From positions 1 to 39,912 of the forward strand of contig CAYMSV010000004.1 in NCBI GenBank assembly GCA_964393205.1: a stretch of DNA of 39,912 nt, given 5' to 3'. This stretch comes from an uncultured Pseudomonadales bacterium. Lineage in GTDB: Bacteria; Patescibacteriota; Microgenomatia; UBA1400; PJMF01. The notes under the pieces are model-generated. The model was not told the origin of the DNA. It saw only the letters and a program-made list of their open reading frames with translations, and made no database searches. Positions 33,001-39,912 of this stretch are shown piece after piece. The number at the start of each line of letters is the position of its first letter. The stretch's first letter is position 1. The position numbers were made by a program, and so were the translations under genes.

Positions 33001-34892
33001 TCACCGGTGAATACACGGATGCCAATCCGTCTTCAGGTCTTTATTGGGATTCTTTTGTCATTTTTGAAGCTCAAGATGATGGTTCTTTTAGGTTCTCTGC
33101 CAATGGCAAAAAATCTTATTGCCCTTGGAGAAAACAGCCCAATTTGGTCAATTTATCCGGAAGTAATTTTTCTCTAACTGATCAAATCAGTTTTGCTAAC
33201 TGTGAGACTGATTTAGAAGATGGTGTTTATTATTTAACCCATCAAATCTATGATTCAGCTACTAGAAAAGATATTCCATCAATTAATCAGTTTAGAGATG
33301 TTTTGGGTCTTAAGTTTAATATAGACGCGACTGCCCCTATCTCAACTATCACTAATCCAGATGGCGACACTTATCACAGTGGTCCAATTTTGATTGAGGG
33401 TAATACTTCAGATTCAAATGGAGTAGTTTCTGTAAAATTGTCTTCAGCTCCATATGAAAATGAATCTTGTGGAGAGTACACAGAAATTACCACCCTTAAT
33501 TTAGATCCAGCTTTAACTAGTTATGACTGGACTCATGACTGGGATCCAAGTACAGAGGGCCAATATTGTATTAAGGCTCAGGGAACGGATCTTGCTGGTA
33601 ATTTAGAGCAAACTTCGGTAGTGAAAAATGTCATTTACGATAAAACCATCCCCGAAGTCGATCTAACTGTCAACCCAGCAGATCCAGATGGTTCTGGTAA
33701 CTGGTATATCACTCGTCCAGAAGTGACTTTGACTGCCAATGATAACTTTGAAGTTGATTACATTCAATATCGCTGGGGTACAACTGGCTCATGGAGCACT
33801 TACTCTGCACCACTACAATCGCCAGCAGAAGGCACTAATACCCTTTATTACAAGGCTTTTGATAAGGCAGGTAATGAATCTGAGGAAGGCATTAGAACTC
33901 TCCAATGGGATCAAACAGAGCTCACCGAAGGTCCACTTAATATCAAGGCCGATCCCAATCCCACTGCCGAGAGTACTTCCACCATTTCTTGGGATCACGC
34001 TAGCGACAACATCGGTATCACCAAGTACAAAATTACTTGGGATCTGCGCGATGGAGATGACAAACACTCCAAAGAAGTGGCTGGCGATGTGACTGAAACT
34101 GAAATTGATGAACTAAAAGAGGGTTCATACAAAATCACAGTCACTGCTTATGATGGCTCTGGCTACAATAAATCAGCCACGACCAATCTAACGGTTGATC
34201 GCACAGCGCCAATCGCACCAGTGTTAACTCTCTTAGCTCAACGTCCAGGAGAGATTGATCTAAGCTGGGAGGCCATTGAGGATGCTGATCGCTATATCAT
34301 TTACTATGGTTTAGAAGCTGGCAACTATCTCTATGCTGCCGATGTTGGTAATGTTATAGACTACACGGTGACCGGTTTAACTGCTGGCAACTACTACTTT
34401 ATAGTTCGCGCAGTGGATGAGAGTGACAATCAAAGCGCTAATTCCAATGAAGTCTCAATTCTAGACTTAGCCGGAGCACCAGCAGGCACTGTCGTCGCTG
34501 AAGGCTTTGCCGAAGCAGGAGAAGTTCAAGGTGAGACAACGGAAGCCAGTGAAGAAGAACAGGCAGCCATGAACGAAGAAATTGCTAAACAAGGTGAAGT
34601 CAAAGGAGCAGCCATTGCTTGTACAGGCTTTAGTAAAAGCTTGTTCTGGCTCTTTTTAGCCATGCAAGCTGCAGCTATCTTACTTTTGGCTAAATTCAGC
34701 AAACAAGGCTGGTTAAAACTCTTAGCATTCTTGGCTCTACCAGCTGTCTTTACGGTAATAATCATGCGTACTGGCTTAGCTAATTGTTTTGGCAATGAAA
34801 CTATGATTTGGTTGACTAACAACTATTATTTGCCAGCCTATTTAACAGCCATGTTAACTAAAATGTTGGAGCTGTTCTTTATAGCTGAATAA
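30021..34892 (+). CDS. giant surface protein: signal peptide, right-handed beta-helix (PbH1/CASH-like), repeated Ig-like domains, FN3 domains, C-terminal TM anchor
   Basis: Signal peptide ...PTARAQE. Repeated N/G-rich coils (GNYVVG, GNTVNTGGADIGI, IDNAIIGAGNGIRV, IDNYLDNNGRGVNV, SNNDVLNNIGQGIRF). Five xDxTxP domain junctions (LDNTAPIV, IDNTAPQG, IDTTTPNA, IDATAPIS, YDKTIPEV). FN3-like LSWEAIEDADRYIIYYG. Hydrophobic C-terminal helices. Confidence 0.8.
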   Translation: MRITRRLKKILPVFLLILQIFFSFAPLTTLIPTARAQEADPQPIQIDSQLKLDNYSGDFAVYYVVDGEIVAHQGSSEDNLELLLASISNEDVIKHQPERLVLKTIDQNFYLLAGEVDQSYQDENLELSDDDQDFLYNNWQVDGKEATTTWTVREGVTYKFPLNEQVQLRFNDLPSETSTLTIEEVLLSEDLQLALGAVSEIAYDVQTEMENGEFSYDLYLPKNSEDQELEIKYAQDLAELEQEAQVVEAEVSISDEQVKVANLDHMTVFVVVSPLPGGIAEGEACIVGETSGDECYLSIQAAIDNASDGDIIMVGEGTYTEAVSINVPNLTLKSIEGCDKTFIDNPNVGSETQGIGVLANMGVVTVDGFTVQNFRNGIAQGMAAAEGTAFIVKNNKIIPENNDTNPYLRNGIQVTGEGSEVIGNYVVGAPLTSAWSSSGIGVVNAKNVLVEGNTVNTGGADIGISILNYSAGLVENIEVIDNAIIGAGNGIRVHSSTQDKRIKNVEIIDNYLDNNGRGVNVQIVTLEDMEISNNDVLNNIGQGIRFSYSATLSGLIQVNNNSIHGNATHRVINSSTYIIDATSNWWGDNSGPHDEWDDGSKPNLNENASGDSVQGLVDYRNWVGSETFEINVEVNETEVNGNYYIQSEIDRYLDFSITSDSPIYGQIIKAGLWNYDPGTGSRTNPRYIGWIDYDADGVIVNENISWEMVSTNWIGNNAPGTQINDGEYLLWVERHWDGGGYINGSTITKKVVLDNTAPIVEITSVNTGEFYNGSVDFRGTGIDANPESYRLLLRYMSDDGSKPTVFNSGWVSIDNSFTDESLYLWDSTTSRFDDGVYRVRLDVRDKAGNWKHDLKDIKIDNTAPQGSIDSIYYSGPNKSKDYFITNDNKPVFEGTCSDNNGLQEVTLEVSRQVQTINCETDNTWRSAPLSSALTDGDYLVTLTLTDLAGNVTNKTQELRIDTTTPNAVHTYYKNGEVILGGSEVYAQSTGQLTFTGEYTDANPSSGLYWDSFVIFEAQDDGSFRFSANGKKSYCPWRKQPNLVNLSGSNFSLTDQISFANCETDLEDGVYYLTHQIYDSATRKDIPSINQFRDVLGLKFNIDATAPISTITNPDGDTYHSGPILIEGNTSDSNGVVSVKLSSAPYENESCGEYTEITTLNLDPALTSYDWTHDWDPSTEGQYCIKAQGTDLAGNLEQTSVVKNVIYDKTIPEVDLTVNPADPDGSGNWYITRPEVTLTANDNFEVDYIQYRWGTTGSWSTYSAPLQSPAEGTNTLYYKAFDKAGNESEEGIRTLQWDQTELTEGPLNIKADPNPTAESTSTISWDHASDNIGITKYKITWDLRDGDDKHSKEVAGDVTETEIDELKEGSYKITVTAYDGSGYNKSATTNLTVDRTAPIAPVLTLLAQRPGEIDLSWEAIEDADRYIIYYGLEAGNYLYAADVGNVIDYTVTGLTAGNYYFIVRAVDESDNQSANSNEVSILDLAGAPAGTVVAEGFAEAGEVQGETTEASEEEQAAMNEEIAKQGEVKGAAIACTGFSKSLFWLFLAMQAAAILLLAKFSKQGWLKLLAFLALPAVFTVIIMRTGLANCFGNETMIWLTNNYYLPAYLTAMLTKMLELFFIAE

Positions 34893-34915
34893 ATTAATTT
34901 AGAGAATTTAAAAAA

Positions 34916-34939
34916 GCGGGTCTTTTGATCCGCTTTTTT
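34916..34939. terminator. bidirectional rho-independent terminator between convergent genes
   Basis: AAAAAA-GCGGGTC-TTTT-GATCCGC-TTTTTT, with one mismatch in the stem. Confidence 0.65.
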
Positions 34940-34956
34940 ATTTATTTAAATTTCAA

Positions 34957-36654
34957 TTAATGAATCTCAGCGCTTTTTTCTTTAAGGAAGTTACGCCAGT
35001 CTTCAACCAAGCGAATTATGGCAGAAAAAGGTGTGTCCACTAGAGCTGTGAAAAGAGCTGACACAATGTTATATTCTCGCCATTTATTACTAAACCATTG
35101 ACCAATTTTTGCCATCGGCACCGAAAACAAGTCTAAGAATGACTCTAAAATATTACCTTTATCTTTAATGGTAATTTCTTTGGAAGTAGCTTTAATAGCC
35201 GTAGCAGCAAAGAAAACCATAGCTGTAAAAACTGTATCAATGTACATTGATGTCCAAGGCACTTGAGTAATTTTAAAAATCCAAAAGATAATGCCTAAAC
35301 CAGCTATACCAAATAAGGTAGAAATTAAAACAAACAAGGCATTTAAGAATTTGTTCTTCTTTTTATTTAGTGCCAATTCATAAACATCTTCCTCAGCTTG
35401 GTGATAAACAATTTTTTTGATTTCGCTAACCACTACTGGAAAATTACTGGGATGAGGTGGTCTAATAGCTAGCACCAATAAGAACATCACAAAACTAGGA
35501 ATTGCTAAATCGACAAACAAGGTGAAAAGACTAAATGGTACACCTGCCCACCTAGCCACTGGTCCTTCAAAAATAACAAAACTCACTCCACCAGCCACAA
35601 AAATAGAGAGCGTTGAATAAATGGCTGAGCGGAAAAGGCGTTTTTTTAGACTCTTTCTTCTTCTGTGATAAACCTTGTCAATTAATTCATTTAGCTTTTT
35701 TTCATCGGCGTAAGTTGCTTTAACTACAGCCGGAGTGTTATTGATTTCATCTGTAATATCATTAATTAAGCGATAAGCAGCATCATATTTAGCAGCAATT
35801 TGGTAAACCTTTTTGCCAAAGGGTTTTTCTAGATCATTTTCGATATCTTGGCGAATTTTTACTGCTTGTTCTGTGACTTGTTTAATGCTTTTGGGATCCT
35901 CTTTGACCCAAAAAGGGTATTTAATTTTAATCAGGTTAAAAGCAATAATTGGATTATCAAAATTATATAAAGTGCGATGAACACTGATATAAATTTGTAA
36001 GAATTTTTCCATATCCGAAACGCCGTTTTCAGGAATTATCTTAATGCGACTGTAAAGAATGTTGGTCATTAAATTCATTAGTGCATTTTCTTTAAAATTG
36101 GGAGATAAGAGTTCTTCGATTTCGCAAGCAGCGATTTCCATAATCCAGGCGTAAAAATTAATTTTTTTCTTGACATGAATGTCATCATTAGCTCTGGGTA
36201 GGCGACTGTCACTCAAAATTTTAATGTATTTATTGAGGATATTTTCTAATTCATGAACTTGGCTACGACTAATTCTGCCACTATCAAAGTAACCACTACG
36301 CATCAATTCCAGGGCCATTGGTTCAGCAATTTCTTTGGCCTTGATATCAGGCATAATACTGATGCCATAAAGTTTAGATACTAAACGTCTTTTTAAAATG
36401 CGTTCAATGGCAGCACGACGCAGTAAATTTTCTTCTTTCCAATCAATTACTTCACGGACTTTTTCGTAAGCCTTAGCAATCTTTGAAGCTACTTCATCTA
36501 CCTCAAGAGCAGCAATCACTGGTCGATGATGATATTCCCAATCCATTTGGTATTGTTTTATATAATCATCAAAGTAGTGAGATAGTCTTCGAGTTTCCTT
36601 ATTTTCTGTTGTTGGTTCTGACATATGACTGTTGATATAAGAGATAGGGTTCAT
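34957..36654 (-). CDS. polytopic membrane protein, unknown function
   Basis: 565 aa. A soluble helical N-terminal ~340 aa is followed by several hydrophobic helices. An alternative start is at 36624 (MSEPTT). Confidence 0.6.
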   Translation of the reverse strand: MNPISYINSHMSEPTTENKETRRLSHYFDDYIKQYQMDWEYHHRPVIAALEVDEVASKIAKAYEKVREVIDWKEENLLRRAAIERILKRRLVSKLYGISIMPDIKAKEIAEPMALELMRSGYFDSGRISRSQVHELENILNKYIKILSDSRLPRANDDIHVKKKINFYAWIMEIAACEIEELLSPNFKENALMNLMTNILYSRIKIIPENGVSDMEKFLQIYISVHRTLYNFDNPIIAFNLIKIKYPFWVKEDPKSIKQVTEQAVKIRQDIENDLEKPFGKKVYQIAAKYDAAYRLINDITDEINNTPAVVKATYADEKKLNELIDKVYHRRRKSLKKRLFRSAIYSTLSIFVAGGVSFVIFEGPVARWAGVPFSLFTLFVDLAIPSFVMFLLVLAIRPPHPSNFPVVVSEIKKIVYHQAEEDVYELALNKKKNKFLNALFVLISTLFGIAGLGIIFWIFKITQVPWTSMYIDTVFTAMVFFAATAIKATSKEITIKDKGNILESFLDLFSVPMAKIGQWFSNKWREYNIVSALFTALVDTPFSAIIRLVEDWRNFLKEKSAEIH

Positions 36655-36693
36655 TATAGCAAAAAACTCGGGTTTCGATATAATGTCTTCACT

Positions 36694-37569
36694 ATGGCTG
36701 ACAAATATAAGGCGACTTGGGTTTCACACAGTTCAATTAGCGATTTTTTAAATTGTCCTCGGGCTTACTACCTCAAGAATGTCTATAAAGATCCCAAAAC
36801 TAAGCATAAAATTCAACTAATTTCACCACCCCTATCCCTAGGAGCAGCTGTTCACAATGTTATTGAGGCTTTGTCAGTATTGCCCACTGATGAGCGTTTT
36901 TCAGTGAGTTTAATCAAAAAATTTGATCAAGAGTGGAAGAAATATGCTGGTATTAAAGGTGGTTTTTTTGATGAAAAAACGGAAATGGCTTATAAGGAGC
37001 GAGGAGCCGATATGTTGAGGCGAGTGATGAATAATCCAGGTCCACTGAGTCGTTTGGCAGTCAAAATTAAGGAGGATTTACCCTGGTTTTGGCTATCTGA
37101 AGAAGAAGAGATTATTTTGTGTGGCAAGATTGATTGGTTAGAGTATTTGCCAGATGAAGATAGTGTACATATCATTGATTTTAAAACTGGCAAGGCAGAA
37201 GAGGATAGTAGTTCTTTGCAGTTGCCTATTTATCACCTTTTAGTGCATTATTGTCAGCATCGAGAGGTGGCAAAAGCTAGCTATTGGTACTTAGAATCTA
37301 GTGATCAGCCACAAGAACAAAAATTGCCCGATTTAGCTTGGGCAGAAGCTGAGGTGTTAAGCATAGCTAAAAAAATTAAAACAATGAGAAAATTAGAGCA
37401 CTTTAAGTGCCCTCATGGTGAGAATGGTTGTTGGGCTTGTCGACCAATGGAGCAAATACTTAAAGGCGAGGCTCAGCTGGTGGGCGAAAATGATTATCAT
37501 CAAGATGTTTATGTTTTACCCAGCAAGGGAAAGAAGTTGGCGAGAAAAGATAATAGCGAGTTGATTTAA
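36694..37569 (+). CDS. PD-(D/E)xK (Cas4/AddB-like) nuclease with a Cys cluster
   Basis: Start moved to the ATG at 36694 (MADKYKATWVSHSSISDFLNCPRAYYL). GKIDWLEY...IIDFKTGK gives D ... D/ExK. One N-terminal Cys plus CPHGENGCWAC matches an Fe-S staple-like pattern. Confidence 0.65.
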   Translation: MADKYKATWVSHSSISDFLNCPRAYYLKNVYKDPKTKHKIQLISPPLSLGAAVHNVIEALSVLPTDERFSVSLIKKFDQEWKKYAGIKGGFFDEKTEMAYKERGADMLRRVMNNPGPLSRLAVKIKEDLPWFWLSEEEEIILCGKIDWLEYLPDEDSVHIIDFKTGKAEEDSSSLQLPIYHLLVHYCQHREVAKASYWYLESSDQPQEQKLPDLAWAEAEVLSIAKKIKTMRKLEHFKCPHGENGCWACRPMEQILKGEAQLVGENDYHQDVYVLPSKGKKLARKDNSELI

Positions 37570-37570
37570 T

Positions 37571-38833
37571 TTATCGTAAGTGCCAATAGACAGTCATGTA
37601 ATTACCTTCATGGAAGATAAAAACGCCGTTACCCCCATCTCCTAGACAATTGCGACAAAAATAAGCTTCACCACTTTCTACACTGCGTACACTAATATCT
37701 CCAATACCGACTATATCTAAAGCAGGATGGGTTTTTCCTCCATACATCCAGTTATAACAGGTATTACCTCCATAATTTTGGGTAATACGAATTTCTGCCA
37801 TTGGCCAAGACCAACTGCCACTGCCGGAATTGACTTGTCCAGAAGGATCATGAGCACAACCAGTAGACCACAGCACACTTTTGTTTGCCAATTTTTCTAG
37901 AGGATTAATGGCATTTCGATAGTACCAGTCCCAACCGCTAGAGCGATTAAAATCGTCAACAGAGTATTTATAAACACTGAAGTGGAGATGTGGTCCTGTA
38001 GAAAAACCAGAATTTCCCATAGTGCCAACAATTTCTCCTCGTTTAACTTGAACGCCGCTACCTTGACGAATAACGGTTTGTGCAGCACTGGAAATTTGAC
38101 TGAGCTCTTTAAGTGCCTCAGCTAGTTTTTGTTGGTAAATGCTTTCATTATTTTTGGTTTGCTGCAGTAAATTATCTTTACTGTCTTTCTGTGCATCTAA
38201 TTCAACTTTTTGTCTTTCTAAATCATTTTTTTTCTGATTAACTTCTTCCTGCATTTCTTCTTTAAGTCTTTTTTGTTGATCATAAGTGGCTCGTTGTAAT
38301 TCAGTACGACGCATGACGTCTAGAGTCTGGTCTTGAGCTTGATTGAGGTAGCGATACTGACTAATAAATTGATTAAAGGAATCGCTGACAAAAAAATTAG
38401 CCTTAAATTGTTTGCGGCTTTGTTTGTAGCTAGCTCGTACTCGCTCTATTAAAATACCGCTTAATTTATCTAAAGAAATACTCAGGCCCTCTATGCGTTG
38501 AGTAAGTTCTTCAATTTCTTTTTCTAACTGATAAATTTCATTAACCGTTTGTTGAATTTTTAGGCCTTGGAGTTGAATTTGGCCGTTGAGAATATTAATT
38601 GTTGACTGGAGGGTGTTGGCTTCTGTTTTAGCCTGATTAATTTTACTTTCCCAGCAAGTTCTTTGGCTATTTAGACAAGAACTATATTTGCCAGTGTCTT
38701 CTTCTTTGTATTGGCCACAATCAAACTTTTGATCACAGTCTTGAGCTAAAATGTTGGAAGGTTTAAAACTTAAAAAATAAAAAGCCAGTAAAAAAAGGAT
38801 TAAAAATCGGCGACTAAATGTTTTGATTTTCAT
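37571..38833 (-). CDS. EnvC-like secreted coiled-coil M23/LytM peptidase with an atypical (permuted) motif order
   Basis: A signal peptide and ~200-aa coiled coil are followed by GEIVGTMGNSGFSTGPHLHF (HxH half). The protein ends with THPALDIVG...GNGVFIFHEGNYMTVYWHLR (HxxxD half). It lies directly downstream of ftsX. Confidence 0.75.
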   Translation of the reverse strand: MKIKTFSRRFLILFLLAFYFLSFKPSNILAQDCDQKFDCGQYKEEDTGKYSSCLNSQRTCWESKINQAKTEANTLQSTINILNGQIQLQGLKIQQTVNEIYQLEKEIEELTQRIEGLSISLDKLSGILIERVRASYKQSRKQFKANFFVSDSFNQFISQYRYLNQAQDQTLDVMRRTELQRATYDQQKRLKEEMQEEVNQKKNDLERQKVELDAQKDSKDNLLQQTKNNESIYQQKLAEALKELSQISSAAQTVIRQGSGVQVKRGEIVGTMGNSGFSTGPHLHFSVYKYSVDDFNRSSGWDWYYRNAINPLEKLANKSVLWSTGCAHDPSGQVNSGSGSWSWPMAEIRITQNYGGNTCYNWMYGGKTHPALDIVGIGDISVRSVESGEAYFCRNCLGDGGNGVFIFHEGNYMTVYWHLR

Positions 38834-38839
38834 CTTTAA

Positions 38840-39709
38840 CTATTTCCTCAGCATGCGTTTAACAGCGGTGATGCTAGCAAAAGTTCCTAGTAGTGATGCA
38901 GTGATTAGTCCAGCAAGCAACTGATAAGCAAAAAATTGCCAACTAATGGGGAAATTAATGATGTCTTGTAAAAAGTCACTTAACCAAGGGGTTACATAGA
39001 GTATCATTGCGTAGTAAAAAGCAAAAGCAAGTAAGCTGGCTATCAAGGCCAAAATAATACCTTCTATTACGTAAGGGCGGCTAATAAAGGTATTGCTAGC
39101 TCCAACAAATTTCATAACTTTGATGCTGCTGCGTTTGGCACTTACCTTCATGCTAATGGTGACCATGATCATTAGGAAAGAAACGGTAGTTAGAATCACT
39201 AAGAAAAACAAACCAAATAAACGCAGAGCATTGGTCCAACGAATTAGACTTTGCATCACGTCCTGTTGAAAATCAACATCTTCAACGTATTGGTTTTCTC
39301 TGAGTGTTTGGCTAATTTTATCTAAGTCTTGAGCATCGTGAGCAGAAATTTCAATACTAGCGGGCAAAATATCTTCAGTCACGAGCTCTAGCAACAGAGG
39401 ATTATCTTGATTTTCTTGACGATAAATATCTAAAGCTTCACTCTTATCGACTACCAAAACTTCTTTAACATAATCTTTTTGTCTAAAATCTTCTGCAAGA
39501 TTATCAACAATGGTATTATCAGTTTCCAACCTAAAGAAAGCAATTACTCGTGGTTGGGTTTCGAAATATTGAAGTATTCTTTGGCTGCCTATAGTCATAG
39601 CTGAAAAAGCAAAGGCCACAAAAAAAGTGATGGTTAAAACTATAATGCTCAAAATACTTTGATAAGGTGAGCGACGAATAGCTGTCAGGGCAGAATTGAA
39701 GCTTTTCAT
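38840..39709 (-). CDS. ftsX: cell-division ABC-transporter permease-like protein FtsX
   Basis: 289 aa. N-terminal TM, periplasmic alpha/beta domain (VIAFF...KDYVKEV...SKSEALD...NPL), then three C-terminal TM helices including VMKFVGASNTFISRPYVIEG. Confidence 0.8.
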   Translation of the reverse strand: MKSFNSALTAIRRSPYQSILSIIVLTITFFVAFAFSAMTIGSQRILQYFETQPRVIAFFRLETDNTIVDNLAEDFRQKDYVKEVLVVDKSEALDIYRQENQDNPLLLELVTEDILPASIEISAHDAQDLDKISQTLRENQYVEDVDFQQDVMQSLIRWTNALRLFGLFFLVILTTVSFLMIMVTISMKVSAKRSSIKVMKFVGASNTFISRPYVIEGIILALIASLLAFAFYYAMILYVTPWLSDFLQDIINFPISWQFFAYQLLAGLITASLLGTFASITAVKRMLRK

Positions 39710-39714
39710 AATTT

Positions 39715-39912
39715 TTATTTTTTCTTTTCCTCTTTTTTGTTCTTTTTATTCTTTGTTTTCTTTTTTTTCTGCTTTTTCTTTTCCTCTTCTTTGTTTTCTT
39801 TAGTTTTTTCTTCGTCGATTTCATCAACTTTTTTTGTTTCTTCTTCCTTTTCTTCTTTTTCTTCTTCTTTGTCCCGATTATTTTTTTCTAATTCTTCAAC
39901 TTTTTTTTCTAA
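39715..39912 (-). CDS. 3' end of an upstream gene encoding a K/E-rich low-complexity tail (5' end outside the window)
   Basis: My manual translation of the open frame from the window edge is LEKKVEELEKNNRDKEEEKEEKEEETKKVDEIDEEKTKENKEEEKKKQKKKKTKNKKNKKEEKKK, ending at TAA 39715-39717, 5 nt before the ftsX ATG. Not in the ORF track because it has no start in the window. Confidence 0.35.
   Translation of the reverse strand, partial: LEKKVEELEKNNRDKEEEKEEKEEETKKVDEIDEEKTKENKEEEKKKQKKKKTKNKKNKKEEKKK

Noticed and set aside
39531-39827. 98-aa K/R-rich ORF overlapping the ftsX start
   Set aside because: It is a frame artefact of the purine-rich low-complexity tract, and it overlaps ftsX by 179 nt. 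The frame that ends at 39715 just before ftsX is more plausible.
1-39912. CRISPR arrays
   Set aside because: I found no regularly spaced short direct repeats anywhere in the window. The only exact repeats seen are the 22-mer and 15-mer pairs and short operator-like motifs.
1-39912. Alternative genetic code (UGA or UAA reassignment)
   Set aside because: Long uninterrupted ORFs cover nearly the whole window under the standard code. TGA works as a stop in ATGA overlaps (11475-11478, 14786-14789). The single in-frame TAA at 8265 is isolated, so recoding of the whole genome is not supported.

Overview
This is an AT-rich bacterial chromosomal segment. By gene content it may come from a small-genome, uncultivated lineage, but that is inference only. 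It reads cleanly under the standard genetic code and is more than 90% coding.

Core envelope and cell-division genes sit at both ends and in the middle. These are a LepB-type signal peptidase fusion, a DUF2779-like nuclease, an EamA transporter, a 1623-aa beta-helix/Ig/FN3 surface protein, a Cas4-like nuclease, an EnvC-like M23 peptidase and FtsX.

At least four accessory modules lie between them:
1. 1.93-4.31 kb: a cassette of XRE regulator, coiled-coil protein, HPF-like protein and eRF1/Pelota-like protein, bracketed by identical 22-bp repeats that resemble a tRNA 3' end.
2. 4.36-7.93 kb: a very AT-rich, tightly packed operon of four different predicted nucleases (zinc-ribbon HEPN, AbiV/DUF5677-like, PD-(D/E)xK, HNH). 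I consider this the best candidate for an undescribed defence system.
3. 13.3-21.5 kb: a five-gene minus-strand operon led by a PLD-nuclease/SNF2-helicase fusion and an Eco57I/YeeA-type N6-adenine methyltransferase with a TaqI-like specificity domain. It is DISARM-like or Type III-like but lacks DrmA/DrmB. Three small genes follow it, encoding a secreted, an acidic and a membrane protein.
4. 21.6-29.1 kb: a GC-richer phage-derived element beside tRNA-Ser(GCU). It carries ParB-methylase, a second methylase, TerS, TerL, XRE, a nuclease and a large serine recombinase, but no virion structural genes.

Other oddities are a zinc-ribbon gene split by one in-frame TAA, an apparently circularly permuted M23 domain, and a short promoter-to-terminator RNA unit ahead of the phage-like operon.

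All family assignments come from motifs I can read in the translations and from memory of the families. No database search was run.
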